Notes under the pieces: generated by a model
Told to the model about the DNA's origin: nothing
Databases searched by the model: none
What the model saw: the letters and a program-made list of their open reading frames with translations, nothing else
Shown: piece by piece, positions 28,484-37,594 of the stretch
Numbering within the stretch: the stretch's first letter is position 1
How the letters are laid out: every line of letters starts with the position of its first letter
From: an uncultured Candidatus Binatia bacterium
GTDB taxonomy: Bacteria; Desulfobacterota; Binatia; UBA9968; JAJDTQ01
Direction of reading: 5' to 3'
DNA: 64,000 bases
Assembly: GCA_965213675.1 (NCBI GenBank)
Contig: OZ243916.1
Span: 2,752,001 to 2,816,000 of the forward strand
Translations under genes and position numbers: made by a program

Positions 28484-29440
28484 CTACTTGAGAAGTCCCT
28501 TCTCCTTCAGATACTGGTCCATGCCGGCGTGCCGCGGCGCACCCACGTTGGTGATGGCGTTGGCCGCCTTCACCCGCTCGAAGGCCTTCACGGCCCCGGC
28601 GAAATCGCCCAGATTATCGTAGATGGTCTTCGTGAGCTTGTAGACGCGCTCCTGCGGAACATCCTCGTTGGTGATGATGAGCAGGAAGGTCTGAACCGTG
28701 TTCACGTCGTTTTCCTGATCATAATGCTTCTTTGCCATGGTGAACGGCACAACCCCGGCATTGGCCGCATTCATCTTCGCCACATCCTCCTTGGAGAACG
28801 AGAGAATGCGGATCGGCGCATGCGCCGCCAACTGCACGATGGGCGCGTAGTTCTCCTCACCCGGGCCGAGGTAGGCGTCGATGTGGTTGTCCTTCATCTG
28901 AGCCACGGCGTCGTTGAAGCCGAGATAGTTGACCTTGGAGAAGTCCTCGTACTTGATGCCAAGGGCGCCCAGCATCTGCTGGTTCAGCGCCTGGAACGAG
29001 AACCGCTTGGGCATCACGTTGACTCTCTTGCCTTTGAGCTGCTGGGGCGACGTGACGTCGGACTTGGCCCACACCAGCCAGAACAGGTAGTTGGGGTACA
29101 ACACCGCGGCCACTCGCACCTTCTTGGCCTGCGCCTCCTTGCCCTTGAACGTCTTCGCCCCCTTGAGGGCTTCCTGAATGCTCGTTGCGCTGGAGAGGCC
29201 GAAGCTCAGCTTGCCGGCCATGACGTTCAGCAGGTTGGACGTGCCGCCGCCGATCTCCACGGTCACCTTGTCGCCGTAGTTCTTGTCGGCCAGACGCTGC
29301 AACACGGTGCCGATGGGGTACCAGGAGCCGCCCGGCTTCGACGCGCCGAACTTGTAACTCTCCGCCAGGGCTGCCGGCGCGAGCGTCGCAACAAAGAGCG
29401 CCACCAACGAAACTGCCAGAAACCTCTGCAATCGACTCAT
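28484..29440 (-). CDS. TAXI family TRAP solute-binding protein
   Basis: signal peptide, GASKPGGSWYPIG, DAVAQMKDNHIDAY, PRHAGM. Confidence 0.85.
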   Translation of the reverse strand: MSRLQRFLAVSLVALFVATLAPAALAESYKFGASKPGGSWYPIGTVLQRLADKNYGDKVTVEIGGGTSNLLNVMAGKLSFGLSSATSIQEALKGAKTFKGKEAQAKKVRVAAVLYPNYLFWLVWAKSDVTSPQQLKGKRVNVMPKRFSFQALNQQMLGALGIKYEDFSKVNYLGFNDAVAQMKDNHIDAYLGPGEENYAPIVQLAAHAPIRILSFSKEDVAKMNAANAGVVPFTMAKKHYDQENDVNTVQTFLLIITNEDVPQERVYKLTKTIYDNLGDFAGAVKAFERVKAANAITNVGAPRHAGMDQYLKEKGLLK

Positions 29441-29715
29441 CGTGATCTCCTTTCGCTGCTCTTCCGGCACGCCGTGCGGGCGCGGGTGCCCGGCCAATGG
29501 AAGTAGCGAAGCTACTTGCGATGCCCCCAAATGTCAAGAACGACGGGACCGGGTGAAAGCGGCGGATTTCGGGCCCACGCGGCCCCGCTGGATCTCCCTC
29601 CCGGCCCCGGCCGGGGGAAGACCGGAAGACCGTCTCTTCTTGACAACCCAGGGGCAATTGGGTACGCACCCCGAGAATATCATCCGCCATTCCTGGAAAG
29701 CGGCACCCATCGCTT

Positions 29716-30594
29716 ATGAAACCCGCACCCTTCGACTATTATTGTCCGGAAACCCTGGACGAGGCGGCCGGCCTGCTCGAACAGCACGGCGACGACGGCA
29801 AAGTGCTGGCCGGCGGCCAGAGTCTCATGCCGCTCATGAGCCTGCGGCTGGCGCGTCCTTCCGTCATCGTGGACCTGAATCGGATCACCGGCCTTGACGG
29901 CGTTGCCGCCAACGGCGACGGCGGCATCGGCATCGGCGCGATGACGCGCCAGCGGGCGATTGAACGGGACGCCGTTATGGCCGAACGGAATCCGTTGCTG
30001 GCAGCGGCGGTGCCGCTCATCGGCCACTTCCAGATCCGCAACCGCGGCACGGTGGGCGGCAGCCTGGTCCATGCCGATCCGGCATCCGAACTGCCGGCGG
30101 TGAGTGTGGCCTTGGGCGCCGACTTCGTGCTCGCCAGCGCCGGCGGCGAGCGGGTGGTTAGCGCGGACGACTTCTACCTGGGCTACATGGCCACGGCCTG
30201 CGAGGCCAACGAAGTGCTCACCGAGATCCGCGTGCCGGCCTGGAAGCCGGGCCGTCTGTGGGCCATCGACGAGGTGGCCCGGCGCAAGGGCGACTTCGCC
30301 ATGGTGGGCGTGGCCCTGTGGGTGGACATGGACGGCGACGCCTGCGCGGACTCCCGCATCACGCTCTTCGGCGTGGCCGGCCGGCCCGTCCGGGTGGAGA
30401 AGGCGGAGCAGCGGCTGAAGGGCGCGGCCCTGAACGACGCCACCTTGAAGGACGTGGAGCGTATCGTCTTCGAGGAGCTGGAGCCCGACTCGGACATCCA
30501 CGCGTCGGCGCTCTACCGCAAGGAGGTGGGCGGCGTGCTCACCCGGCGCGCGCTGCGCGCGGCCGCGGACAGGGCCACGGAGGGCGGCGCATGA
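29716..30594 (+). CDS. xanthine dehydrogenase family FAD subunit (CoxM/CutM-like)
   Basis: MKPAPFDY, LAGGQSLMP, IRNRGTVGGS. Confidence 0.9.
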   Translation: MKPAPFDYYCPETLDEAAGLLEQHGDDGKVLAGGQSLMPLMSLRLARPSVIVDLNRITGLDGVAANGDGGIGIGAMTRQRAIERDAVMAERNPLLAAAVPLIGHFQIRNRGTVGGSLVHADPASELPAVSVALGADFVLASAGGERVVSADDFYLGYMATACEANEVLTEIRVPAWKPGRLWAIDEVARRKGDFAMVGVALWVDMDGDACADSRITLFGVAGRPVRVEKAEQRLKGAALNDATLKDVERIVFEELEPDSDIHASALYRKEVGGVLTRRALRAAADRATEGGA

Positions 30595-31079
30595 GCACCA
30601 AGAGCATCCTCAACCTGACGGTGAACGGCAAGGCGTACGAGAAGCTCGTGGAAGTGCGCATGACCCTGGCGGACTTCCTGCGCAACGAACTGGACCTCAC
30701 CGGCACCCACCTGGGCTGCGAACACGGCGTGTGCGGCGCGTGCACGGTGATCATGAACGGCGAAGCCGTGCGTTCGTGCCTGCTGCTGGCCGTGCAGGCG
30801 GAGGGGGCGACCCTGGAGACGGTGGAAGGACTGGCGGACGGCGACCAACTGCACCCCTTGCAAGCGGCGTTCCAGGACCGTCACGCGCTCCAGTGCGGCT
30901 TTTGCACTCCGGGGTTTCTCATGACCGCCACCGCGTTCCTCAAGGAGAACCCCGAACCCACGGAAGCCGAGATCCGCGAGGCGATCTCCGGCAACATCTG
31001 CCGCTGCACCGGCTACCAGCCCATCATCGAAGCCATCGGACAGGCGGCCCCGGAGGTGGGCGGCAAACCCCGGCCGTAA
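30591..31079 (+). CDS. (2Fe-2S) subunit (CoxS/CutS-like)
   Basis: GCEHGVCGACT, QCGFCTPG, NICRCTGY; ATGA overlap with the FAD subunit. Confidence 0.9.
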   Translation: MSTKSILNLTVNGKAYEKLVEVRMTLADFLRNELDLTGTHLGCEHGVCGACTVIMNGEAVRSCLLLAVQAEGATLETVEGLADGDQLHPLQAAFQDRHALQCGFCTPGFLMTATAFLKENPEPTEAEIREAISGNICRCTGYQPIIEAIGQAAPEVGGKPRP

Positions 31080-31119
31080 CGCGGAATGACGCCAGCGCCT
31101 GAACGAGAGGCTCTCTGAC

Positions 31120-33447
31120 ATGGCGGAAACATACATCGGCGCTCCCATCAAGCGGCGCGAGGACGTGCGCTTCATCACCGGCGCGGGCACCTACGTGGAC
31201 GACATCAAGCTGCCCCACATGGTTCACGCCGCCATCCTGCGGAGCCCCCATGCCCACGCCCGCATCCGCGGAATCGACTCCAGCCGGGCCGAAGCCATGT
31301 CCGGCGTGGTCTCCGTGTTCACGCTGAAGGACATCGGTGAGCTGGACGCCACCGTTCCCATCCGCATGTACAAGATTCCAGGGCTCGACAAGTACCTGCA
31401 ACCGTCCCTGGCGCGGGACAGGGTGCGCTACGTGGGCGAACCCGTGGCAGTGGCCGTGGCCGAGAGCCGCTACCTGGCCGAAGACGCGCTGGACGCCATC
31501 GACGTCGACTACGAGATGCTCCCCGAAGTGATGGATGTGCGCGAGGCCATGGAAGACAAGGTGCTGGTGCATGAGCACAACGGCACCAATCTGGCCGGCG
31601 TGCATCACGTCTCCATCGGCGACGCGGACAAGGCCTTCGCCGAGGCCGACTACACCCGGCGGGAAGAGTTCCATGTCCACCGTTTCACCGGCAACCCCAT
31701 GGAGACCCGCGGCATCGTCGCCCACTTCGACCGCGGCAAGGGTGAACTCCGGGTTTACGGCGCCACCAAGCTGCCGCACCTGAACCGCCAGACCATCGCC
31801 GCCTTCCTGCAAATGCCCGAACACAAGTGCCACTTCGAGGAGAACGACGTGGGCGGCGGCTTCGGCATCCGCGGCGAACTCTACCCCGAGGACTTCCTGA
31901 TTCCCTTCGCCTCCGTGCGCCTCGGCCTCCCCGTGAAATGGATCGAGGACCGGCGCGAGCACCTGATGGCGGCCAACCACTCACGGCAGGTGACCTGCGA
32001 ACTGGAAATCGCGGCGCGCCAGGACGGCACGCTGTTGGCCATCCGGGCGCAGATCTATGGCGACATGGGCGCGTACGTGCGCACCCACGGCGGGCTGGTG
32101 CCCTGCTCCACGGGCGCGCTCCTGACCGGCCCCTACCGCATCCCCAATTACGCAGCGAAAATCCACTGCGTCATGACCAACAAGACCGGCCTGGGCACGC
32201 TGCGCGCCCCCGGGCGCGTGGAGTCGTGTTTCTACCGCGAGCGCATGCTCGACATGATGGCGCGGGACCTGGACCTCGACCCGGTGGAGCTGCGGCGCAA
32301 GAACCTGGTCACCCCCGAGGAGATTCCCTACGAAATCGGCTTTACCCGGCCCAGCGCCCACCCCACCATCCTCGACAGCGGCGACTACCCCAGCGCGTTG
32401 CGGCAAGCCCTGGAACGGTTCGGATACGACGATATGAAGGGCATCCAGGGTCTGCAGGACGACGGCCGCTACCACGGCGTGGGCCTGTCCTACTTTGTCA
32501 AGAACACCGGCGGGCTGGAGCCCTACGAAGGCGCGCGCATGGTGGTGGGCGAGGGCGGCGGGGTGAGCGTGTTCCTGAGCATCGCCCAGCTCGGCCAAGG
32601 GCACGAAACCGCCATGGCGCAGATCTGCGCCGACGCCCTGGGCGTTCCCATGGACGCCATCTCCGTGTTCCACGGCAACACCGACCTCTCGCCCTTCGGC
32701 TGGGGCACCTTCGCCAGCCGCGGCACGGTCATGGCCGGCAACGCCGTGCATCTCACCGCGCTGCAACTGAAGGACAAGATCCTGGCGGCCGCCGCCCGTC
32801 ACCTGGACGCCGACGCCGCCAGCCTGAACCTGGAGGACGGCCACATCGTCCAGCCGGGCACCGAGGCACCGGCGCTGCCCCTGGGCGACCTCGTGGCGCA
32901 CATGCGCGAGTCCATCACCCCCGAGCAGGGCGTCCCCGAACTGGAAACCACCGCCTACTACAACTCCAACAACATCACCCACACCTACGGCGTGCACCTG
33001 GCCCACGTGGCCGTGGATCCGGAGACCGGCATGCTGGAAGTGCTCAAGTACCTGGTGGTGGAGGACGTCGGCCGGGTGGTCAACCCGCTCATGGTGCGCG
33101 GCCAGACCGTGGGCGCCGCGGTGCAGGGCATCGGCGGCGTGGTGCTGGAAGAACTCGTCTACGGCGAAGGCGGTCAGCTCCTCACCACCACCTTCCTGGA
33201 CTACCTGTTGCCCACCAGCACCGACGTACCCCCCATCGACGACCTCGTGCTGGAAGAAGCCCCCTCGCCCTACAATCCCCTGGGCGTCAAGGGCGCCGGC
33301 GAGGGCGGCATCGTCGGCACCGCCGGCGCCTTGGGCAACGCCGTCAGCAACGCCTTGGGCCTCGAAGTCAAAGACCTGCCCCTGAGCCCCGACCGCATCC
33401 GCTCCTGGCTCCGGGCGCGCGCGGACGCCCAGGACCCCGCACCGTAG
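31120..33447 (+). CDS. xanthine dehydrogenase family molybdopterin subunit (not a CO dehydrogenase)
   Basis: VGGGFG, GQGHET, GTFASR, KGAGEGG; active-site loop TLRAPGR differs from CoxL AYxCSFR/AYxGAGR. Confidence 0.9.
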   Translation: MAETYIGAPIKRREDVRFITGAGTYVDDIKLPHMVHAAILRSPHAHARIRGIDSSRAEAMSGVVSVFTLKDIGELDATVPIRMYKIPGLDKYLQPSLARDRVRYVGEPVAVAVAESRYLAEDALDAIDVDYEMLPEVMDVREAMEDKVLVHEHNGTNLAGVHHVSIGDADKAFAEADYTRREEFHVHRFTGNPMETRGIVAHFDRGKGELRVYGATKLPHLNRQTIAAFLQMPEHKCHFEENDVGGGFGIRGELYPEDFLIPFASVRLGLPVKWIEDRREHLMAANHSRQVTCELEIAARQDGTLLAIRAQIYGDMGAYVRTHGGLVPCSTGALLTGPYRIPNYAAKIHCVMTNKTGLGTLRAPGRVESCFYRERMLDMMARDLDLDPVELRRKNLVTPEEIPYEIGFTRPSAHPTILDSGDYPSALRQALERFGYDDMKGIQGLQDDGRYHGVGLSYFVKNTGGLEPYEGARMVVGEGGGVSVFLSIAQLGQGHETAMAQICADALGVPMDAISVFHGNTDLSPFGWGTFASRGTVMAGNAVHLTALQLKDKILAAAARHLDADAASLNLEDGHIVQPGTEAPALPLGDLVAHMRESITPEQGVPELETTAYYNSNNITHTYGVHLAHVAVDPETGMLEVLKYLVVEDVGRVVNPLMVRGQTVGAAVQGIGGVVLEELVYGEGGQLLTTTFLDYLLPTSTDVPPIDDLVLEEAPSPYNPLGVKGAGEGGIVGTAGALGNAVSNALGLEVKDLPLSPDRIRSWLRARADAQDPAP

Positions 33448-33503
33448 AACCCTGTCGGATTCACCGAATCGCAGCGAGAGGCAGGGAGAATTCGTCTGTC
33501 CAA

Positions 33504-35759
33504 TCAACCATCCGGAACAAACGCGCCAGATTCGACCCTCGCCTCGCCTGTACGAGAACCGTTCAGCGCCCGCCACACCCGCTCCGGCGTGAGCGGCAGG
33601 TCACGAATGCGCACGCCGGTGGCCCGGGCCAGTGCGCTGGCCACGGACGGGGCCACGGAAAAGATGCCGCCTTCGCCCATGCCGCGGCTGCCGTAGGGGC
33701 CGATACCGTCGCGGTTCTCCACCAGGAGGGTGTGGAACTCCGCGGGCAGGTCCTGGAACTTCGGAACGCGGTAATCGACGAGGTTGGGGTTCAGCAACTG
33801 GTGGTCGTCGTGGACCATCTGCTCCATGAAGGTGTGACCGATGCCCATCATGGCGGCCCCTTCCTCCTGGGCAACGCAGTGTTGCGGATGGATCGCCTTA
33901 CCGACGTCGGCCACAGAAACGTAGCTCGCCAGTTGCAGCGCGCCGGTGTCGCGGTCGATGTCCAGTTCGGCCACGCCCATGCCCACTTCCCAGAGCACTG
34001 GCGTCTGCCACCGCACCATGTTGGGGTCCATGGTGCCGCGTCCGATGAACTCGCCGGCGACAGCGCCGAAGCGACGCGCCAGGGCGTCGCGGAAGGACAT
34101 CGAACGCTCGCCCGCCACAAGCCTTCCGTCCGACACGCTCACCTTGCCGGCGGTGACGCCGAACGCCTTGGCGGCGATGGCGCGCAACTGCCGCTTGAGG
34201 TCCCGGGCCGCGGCCTGCACCGCGCGGCCCATGACCGTGGTGGAGCGGCTGGCGCCGGTGGAGTGGTCGTAGGGGGTGACCGTCGTGTCCACGGAGACCG
34301 CCTGCACCCGGTGAAGCGGCAGCGCCAGTTCCTCGGCCACGATCTGGGTGAACGTCGTCCGCACGCCCTGGCCCATTTCGGTGCTGCCCGCCAGGATCGA
34401 TACGTGCCCGTCGGCGCCCAGACGCACCAGCGCCACGGACACGGGCAACTGGCCGCCGGCGTTGGTGGAGCCGCAGGCCATGCCCAGAGGCGCTCCGGCC
34501 GCGCGGGTGCGCCGGCGCCAGCGAGCGCCCGAAACCAGCCGCCGCAGACTCGAACGGAGGTTCACGTCCACCGGCCGGAGCCTGGGCTGGAGGATTTCCC
34601 CACGCTTGAGCAGGTTCCGCTCGCGTAGCGCCACCGGGTCCATGCCCAGCGCGGCGGCGATCTCGTCCATCTGCGACTCGCACGCGAACAGGGTCTGGGG
34701 GGCGCCCACGGAACGGAACGAGCCGGCGGAGCCGGCGTTGGTGTGCACCGAATAGACATCGCTGCGGAGGTGCGGGATGCGGTAGGGACCCAGCACACGG
34801 GTGGCGGCAAGCTGCGCCACCATGCGCGTGTTTTCGGTGAACGCGCCGGTGTCGAGACGAATCTCGGCCTGTCGCGCCACCAGCGTGCCGTCGCTCTTCA
34901 CCCCCGTTTTGAGCCTCACGACGGCGCCGTGACGGCGCACCGTGACCATGGCTTCGGGCACCGACAGGCATACCCGCACCGGCCGGCCCGCCTTGCGTGA
35001 GAGCAACACCACCAGCGGCTCGAACTTGCTGTACGACTTGCCGCCGAAGCCGCCCCCCAGATACGGCGCCCGCAAGCGCACCTGGGAGCGGGTCCTGCCG
35101 AAGATGCGCGCGATGTCCGCCTGCACGAGAAACGGATGCTGCGCCGAGGACCACAGGTCGATGCCGTCCGCCGCCCAACGGGCCACCGCGGCGTGGGGCT
35201 CCATGCTGTAGTGGTACACGGAAGGGAACGTGTAGCGCTCCTCGAAGATGCGCTCCGAGGCCGCGAAACCCGCGTCCACGTCGCCCTGTTCCACCCGTTC
35301 ATGGGCGCACACGTTGCCGGGTGCGTCATCGTGGATCAGCGGAGCGCCCGGCGCCAGCGCCGCGTCCGTGCCCAGCGCCGACGGCAACTCCTCGTAGTCC
35401 ACCTCGATGAGCGGCAGCGCCGCCTCCGCGGTGTGCTCGTCTTCGGCCGCCACCGCGGCCACGGGCTCGCCCACGTAGCGCACCTTCTCCATGGCCACCA
35501 CCGGGCGGCCGTTGTAGAACGGGTCGAGGCCGGCGAGGTCTGTGGCGGTCACCACCGCGAGCACGCCGTCCAGAGCCTCCGCCCTCGACGTGTCGATGGC
35601 GCGGATGCGCGCATGGGGCAACGGGCTGCGCAGGATCCGGCCTTCGAGCATCCCCGGGAGCACGATGTCGCCCGTGTATCGGGCGCGCCCCGTCACCTTG
35701 TCGAAGCCGTCTACCCGTGGAACGGCGCGGCCCACGTGCTGGAAACTGGATCGCGGCAT
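33504..35759 (-). CDS. stand-alone xanthine dehydrogenase family molybdopterin subunit
   Basis: LGGGFGGK, SFRSVGAPQ, EMGQG, TGASR, RGMGEGG. Confidence 0.9.
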   Translation of the reverse strand: MPRSSFQHVGRAVPRVDGFDKVTGRARYTGDIVLPGMLEGRILRSPLPHARIRAIDTSRAEALDGVLAVVTATDLAGLDPFYNGRPVVAMEKVRYVGEPVAAVAAEDEHTAEAALPLIEVDYEELPSALGTDAALAPGAPLIHDDAPGNVCAHERVEQGDVDAGFAASERIFEERYTFPSVYHYSMEPHAAVARWAADGIDLWSSAQHPFLVQADIARIFGRTRSQVRLRAPYLGGGFGGKSYSKFEPLVVLLSRKAGRPVRVCLSVPEAMVTVRRHGAVVRLKTGVKSDGTLVARQAEIRLDTGAFTENTRMVAQLAATRVLGPYRIPHLRSDVYSVHTNAGSAGSFRSVGAPQTLFACESQMDEIAAALGMDPVALRERNLLKRGEILQPRLRPVDVNLRSSLRRLVSGARWRRRTRAAGAPLGMACGSTNAGGQLPVSVALVRLGADGHVSILAGSTEMGQGVRTTFTQIVAEELALPLHRVQAVSVDTTVTPYDHSTGASRSTTVMGRAVQAAARDLKRQLRAIAAKAFGVTAGKVSVSDGRLVAGERSMSFRDALARRFGAVAGEFIGRGTMDPNMVRWQTPVLWEVGMGVAELDIDRDTGALQLASYVSVADVGKAIHPQHCVAQEEGAAMMGIGHTFMEQMVHDDHQLLNPNLVDYRVPKFQDLPAEFHTLLVENRDGIGPYGSRGMGEGGIFSVAPSVASALARATGVRIRDLPLTPERVWRALNGSRTGEARVESGAFVPDG

Positions 35760-35828
35760 ATCCTCCTTGCCCTCCGGGTTCTCAACCGGCGCGGGAAACG
35801 ATGCCGGGGCCGTGTCCCTTGAGTCACA

Positions 35829-35852
35829 GGGGCGACCGCTGGTCGTCCCTAC
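35829..35852. repeat. GTAG-type REP, family B
   Basis: GGGGCGACCGCTGGTCGTCCCTAC. Confidence 0.6.
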
Positions 35853-35934
35853 CCGTCTTCGCGCCTGGCCGGCAACAGAGATTTCTACATATTTCTATAT
35901 ATCCTGTCGCAGGAACTGGCTGGACACGAGACTA

Positions 35935-36093
35935 GTGTGGTGTCTGGTTAATTCGCGTCATAATGTGCGGAGGATTTTTTGTTGTCGGCAAGGCGCGATG
36001 ACGAGCAGTGGCGGGTACCACGCGAGGAAGAGCAACGCAGCCGACGGCGAATAAGACCCGCAGATTATGACGCGTATTAACCAGACACCACAC
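35935..36093 (+). mobile_element. MITE copy 3
   Basis: 159 bp, CTA on the left and TAG on the right; lies in a divergent promoter region. Confidence 0.9.
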
Positions 36094-36409
36094 TAGCACC
36101 GCCGGCCTTGCCCGTGCCACCTGCCGCACAGCGCCGGAACCGTTTGTGGAGGAGCGGGCGCTTTGCTCGAACAGGGGCAGCGGCAGCCCGGTTTGGAGAT
36201 GGCAGGCCTGACAGACACTTATTTCGCATCGAGTTTCAGATTATGATAATTCACATGACGCGAATGGATCTATTGGCCTGAGGGACCGAGCGGGACAGCG
36301 TGGGCTCATGACGACTCCGTTACCGGGCCGCGGCTTGCCGCCGGCGGAGACTCCTGGAACGAACCACGAACGCGCCTGTGGCGTTCACTTTAACGGGTAA
36401 GGATCAGAG

Positions 36410-37582
36410 ATGGCACAAGGGAATGCGTCTGATCGGCCTCGATGGCTCGGTATCGTTCAACTGGCGGCGATACTGCTGTTGATCGTCATCGCTCTGTACT
36501 TCGCCCGCGCGCCCAGCCGGGTGGCTCACGACGTCGCCACGGAACTGACGGCGGCCAAGAGCAGGCCCACCGTCAGCGTGATCCAGCCCAAGCCCACCCG
36601 GCAGGCGCTCACCGTCGAGTTGACCGGCAACGTCCGGGTGGAAGAGCAAGCGCGTATCATGTCGGAGGTCGCCGGCCGTGTAGTGTGGGTGTCGCCCAGG
36701 TTCAACAACGGCGGGGCCATTCCAGCCAACGAAACGTTCATCCGGGTCGATCCCACCGAGTACGTCCTGCGGGTGGAAGAGGCGGAAGCGGCGGTGAGCG
36801 CGGCGGAAGCCCGGCTATGGACCGAGCAGGCCCGGGGTGAGGAGGACACCCGGTCGTTCGCGCGCGCCAACCCTGGCGTCCCGGTTTCGGACCATGTCCG
36901 GCGCCTGCCGTCCATCGCGCTGGCGGAAGCCGAGCTTGCGCGGGCCAAGACGGAACTGAAGCTCGCGAAGCTGCAACTCCGGCGGACGAGCATCTCGCTC
37001 CCCTACGACAGCCGGGTGCTGACCACCGAGCTCGAGGTGGGCGAGCTTGTGGGTCCCGCCGCAACGGTGGAGGGCCGCGCCGCCACCCTCGGCGCCGTGT
37101 ACCGCACCGGCGCGGTGCGCGTGCGGGCGCCGGTGGACCCGAGGGATCTGGCCTACCTCGTCCCGGTGATCGGGCGTTCCGCCAAGGTACGAACCCAGTC
37201 GGGCACGTACGCGGCCAGGGTGGAGCGCGTCTCGTCGGTGGTGGCCCCGAGCACGCGCCTCGCCCGGTTGTTCCTCAAGTTGTCCGAAGACACGCCCCCG
37301 GAACAGTTGCCGTTGCCGGGCATGTTCGCGGAAGTATCCATTGACGGACCCGCATACGAAAACGTGTACGTGCTGCAGGAAGCCGTACTCCAGGAGGGCA
37401 ACAGCGTCTGGATAGTCGAAAAGGGCGCGTTGAAGCGGGTCGCGGTCAAGAATCTCGGACGCGCGGAGGCGGGCTGGATCGTCGAAGCCTTCGACGCCGG
37501 GGATGGCGTGGTCGTCGGTGCGCCGCCGAGAGCCAGGGAGGGCCTGGAAGTGGCGGTAACCGGCACGGCGGCGGCCAGGTAA
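36410..37582 (+). CDS. RND efflux membrane fusion protein
   Basis: N-terminal TM, SEVAGRV lipoyl-like half, helical hairpin, LPGMFAEV. Confidence 0.85.
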   Translation: MAQGNASDRPRWLGIVQLAAILLLIVIALYFARAPSRVAHDVATELTAAKSRPTVSVIQPKPTRQALTVELTGNVRVEEQARIMSEVAGRVVWVSPRFNNGGAIPANETFIRVDPTEYVLRVEEAEAAVSAAEARLWTEQARGEEDTRSFARANPGVPVSDHVRRLPSIALAEAELARAKTELKLAKLQLRRTSISLPYDSRVLTTELEVGELVGPAATVEGRAATLGAVYRTGAVRVRAPVDPRDLAYLVPVIGRSAKVRTQSGTYAARVERVSSVVAPSTRLARLFLKLSEDTPPEQLPLPGMFAEVSIDGPAYENVYVLQEAVLQEGNSVWIVEKGALKRVAVKNLGRAEAGWIVEAFDAGDGVVVGAPPRAREGLEVAVTGTAAAR

Positions 37583-37594
37583 CGGAGCCGGGCA

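Noticed and set aside
31120-33447. Aerobic CO dehydrogenase (coxL)
   Set aside because: Lacks the AYxCSFR and AYxGAGR signatures
31827-34628. Long alternative-frame or antisense ORFs (e.g. 31827-34628, 42444-44654, 53217-55154)
   Set aside because: Shadow ORFs typical of high-GC coding DNA; they have no motifs and overlap well-supported genes
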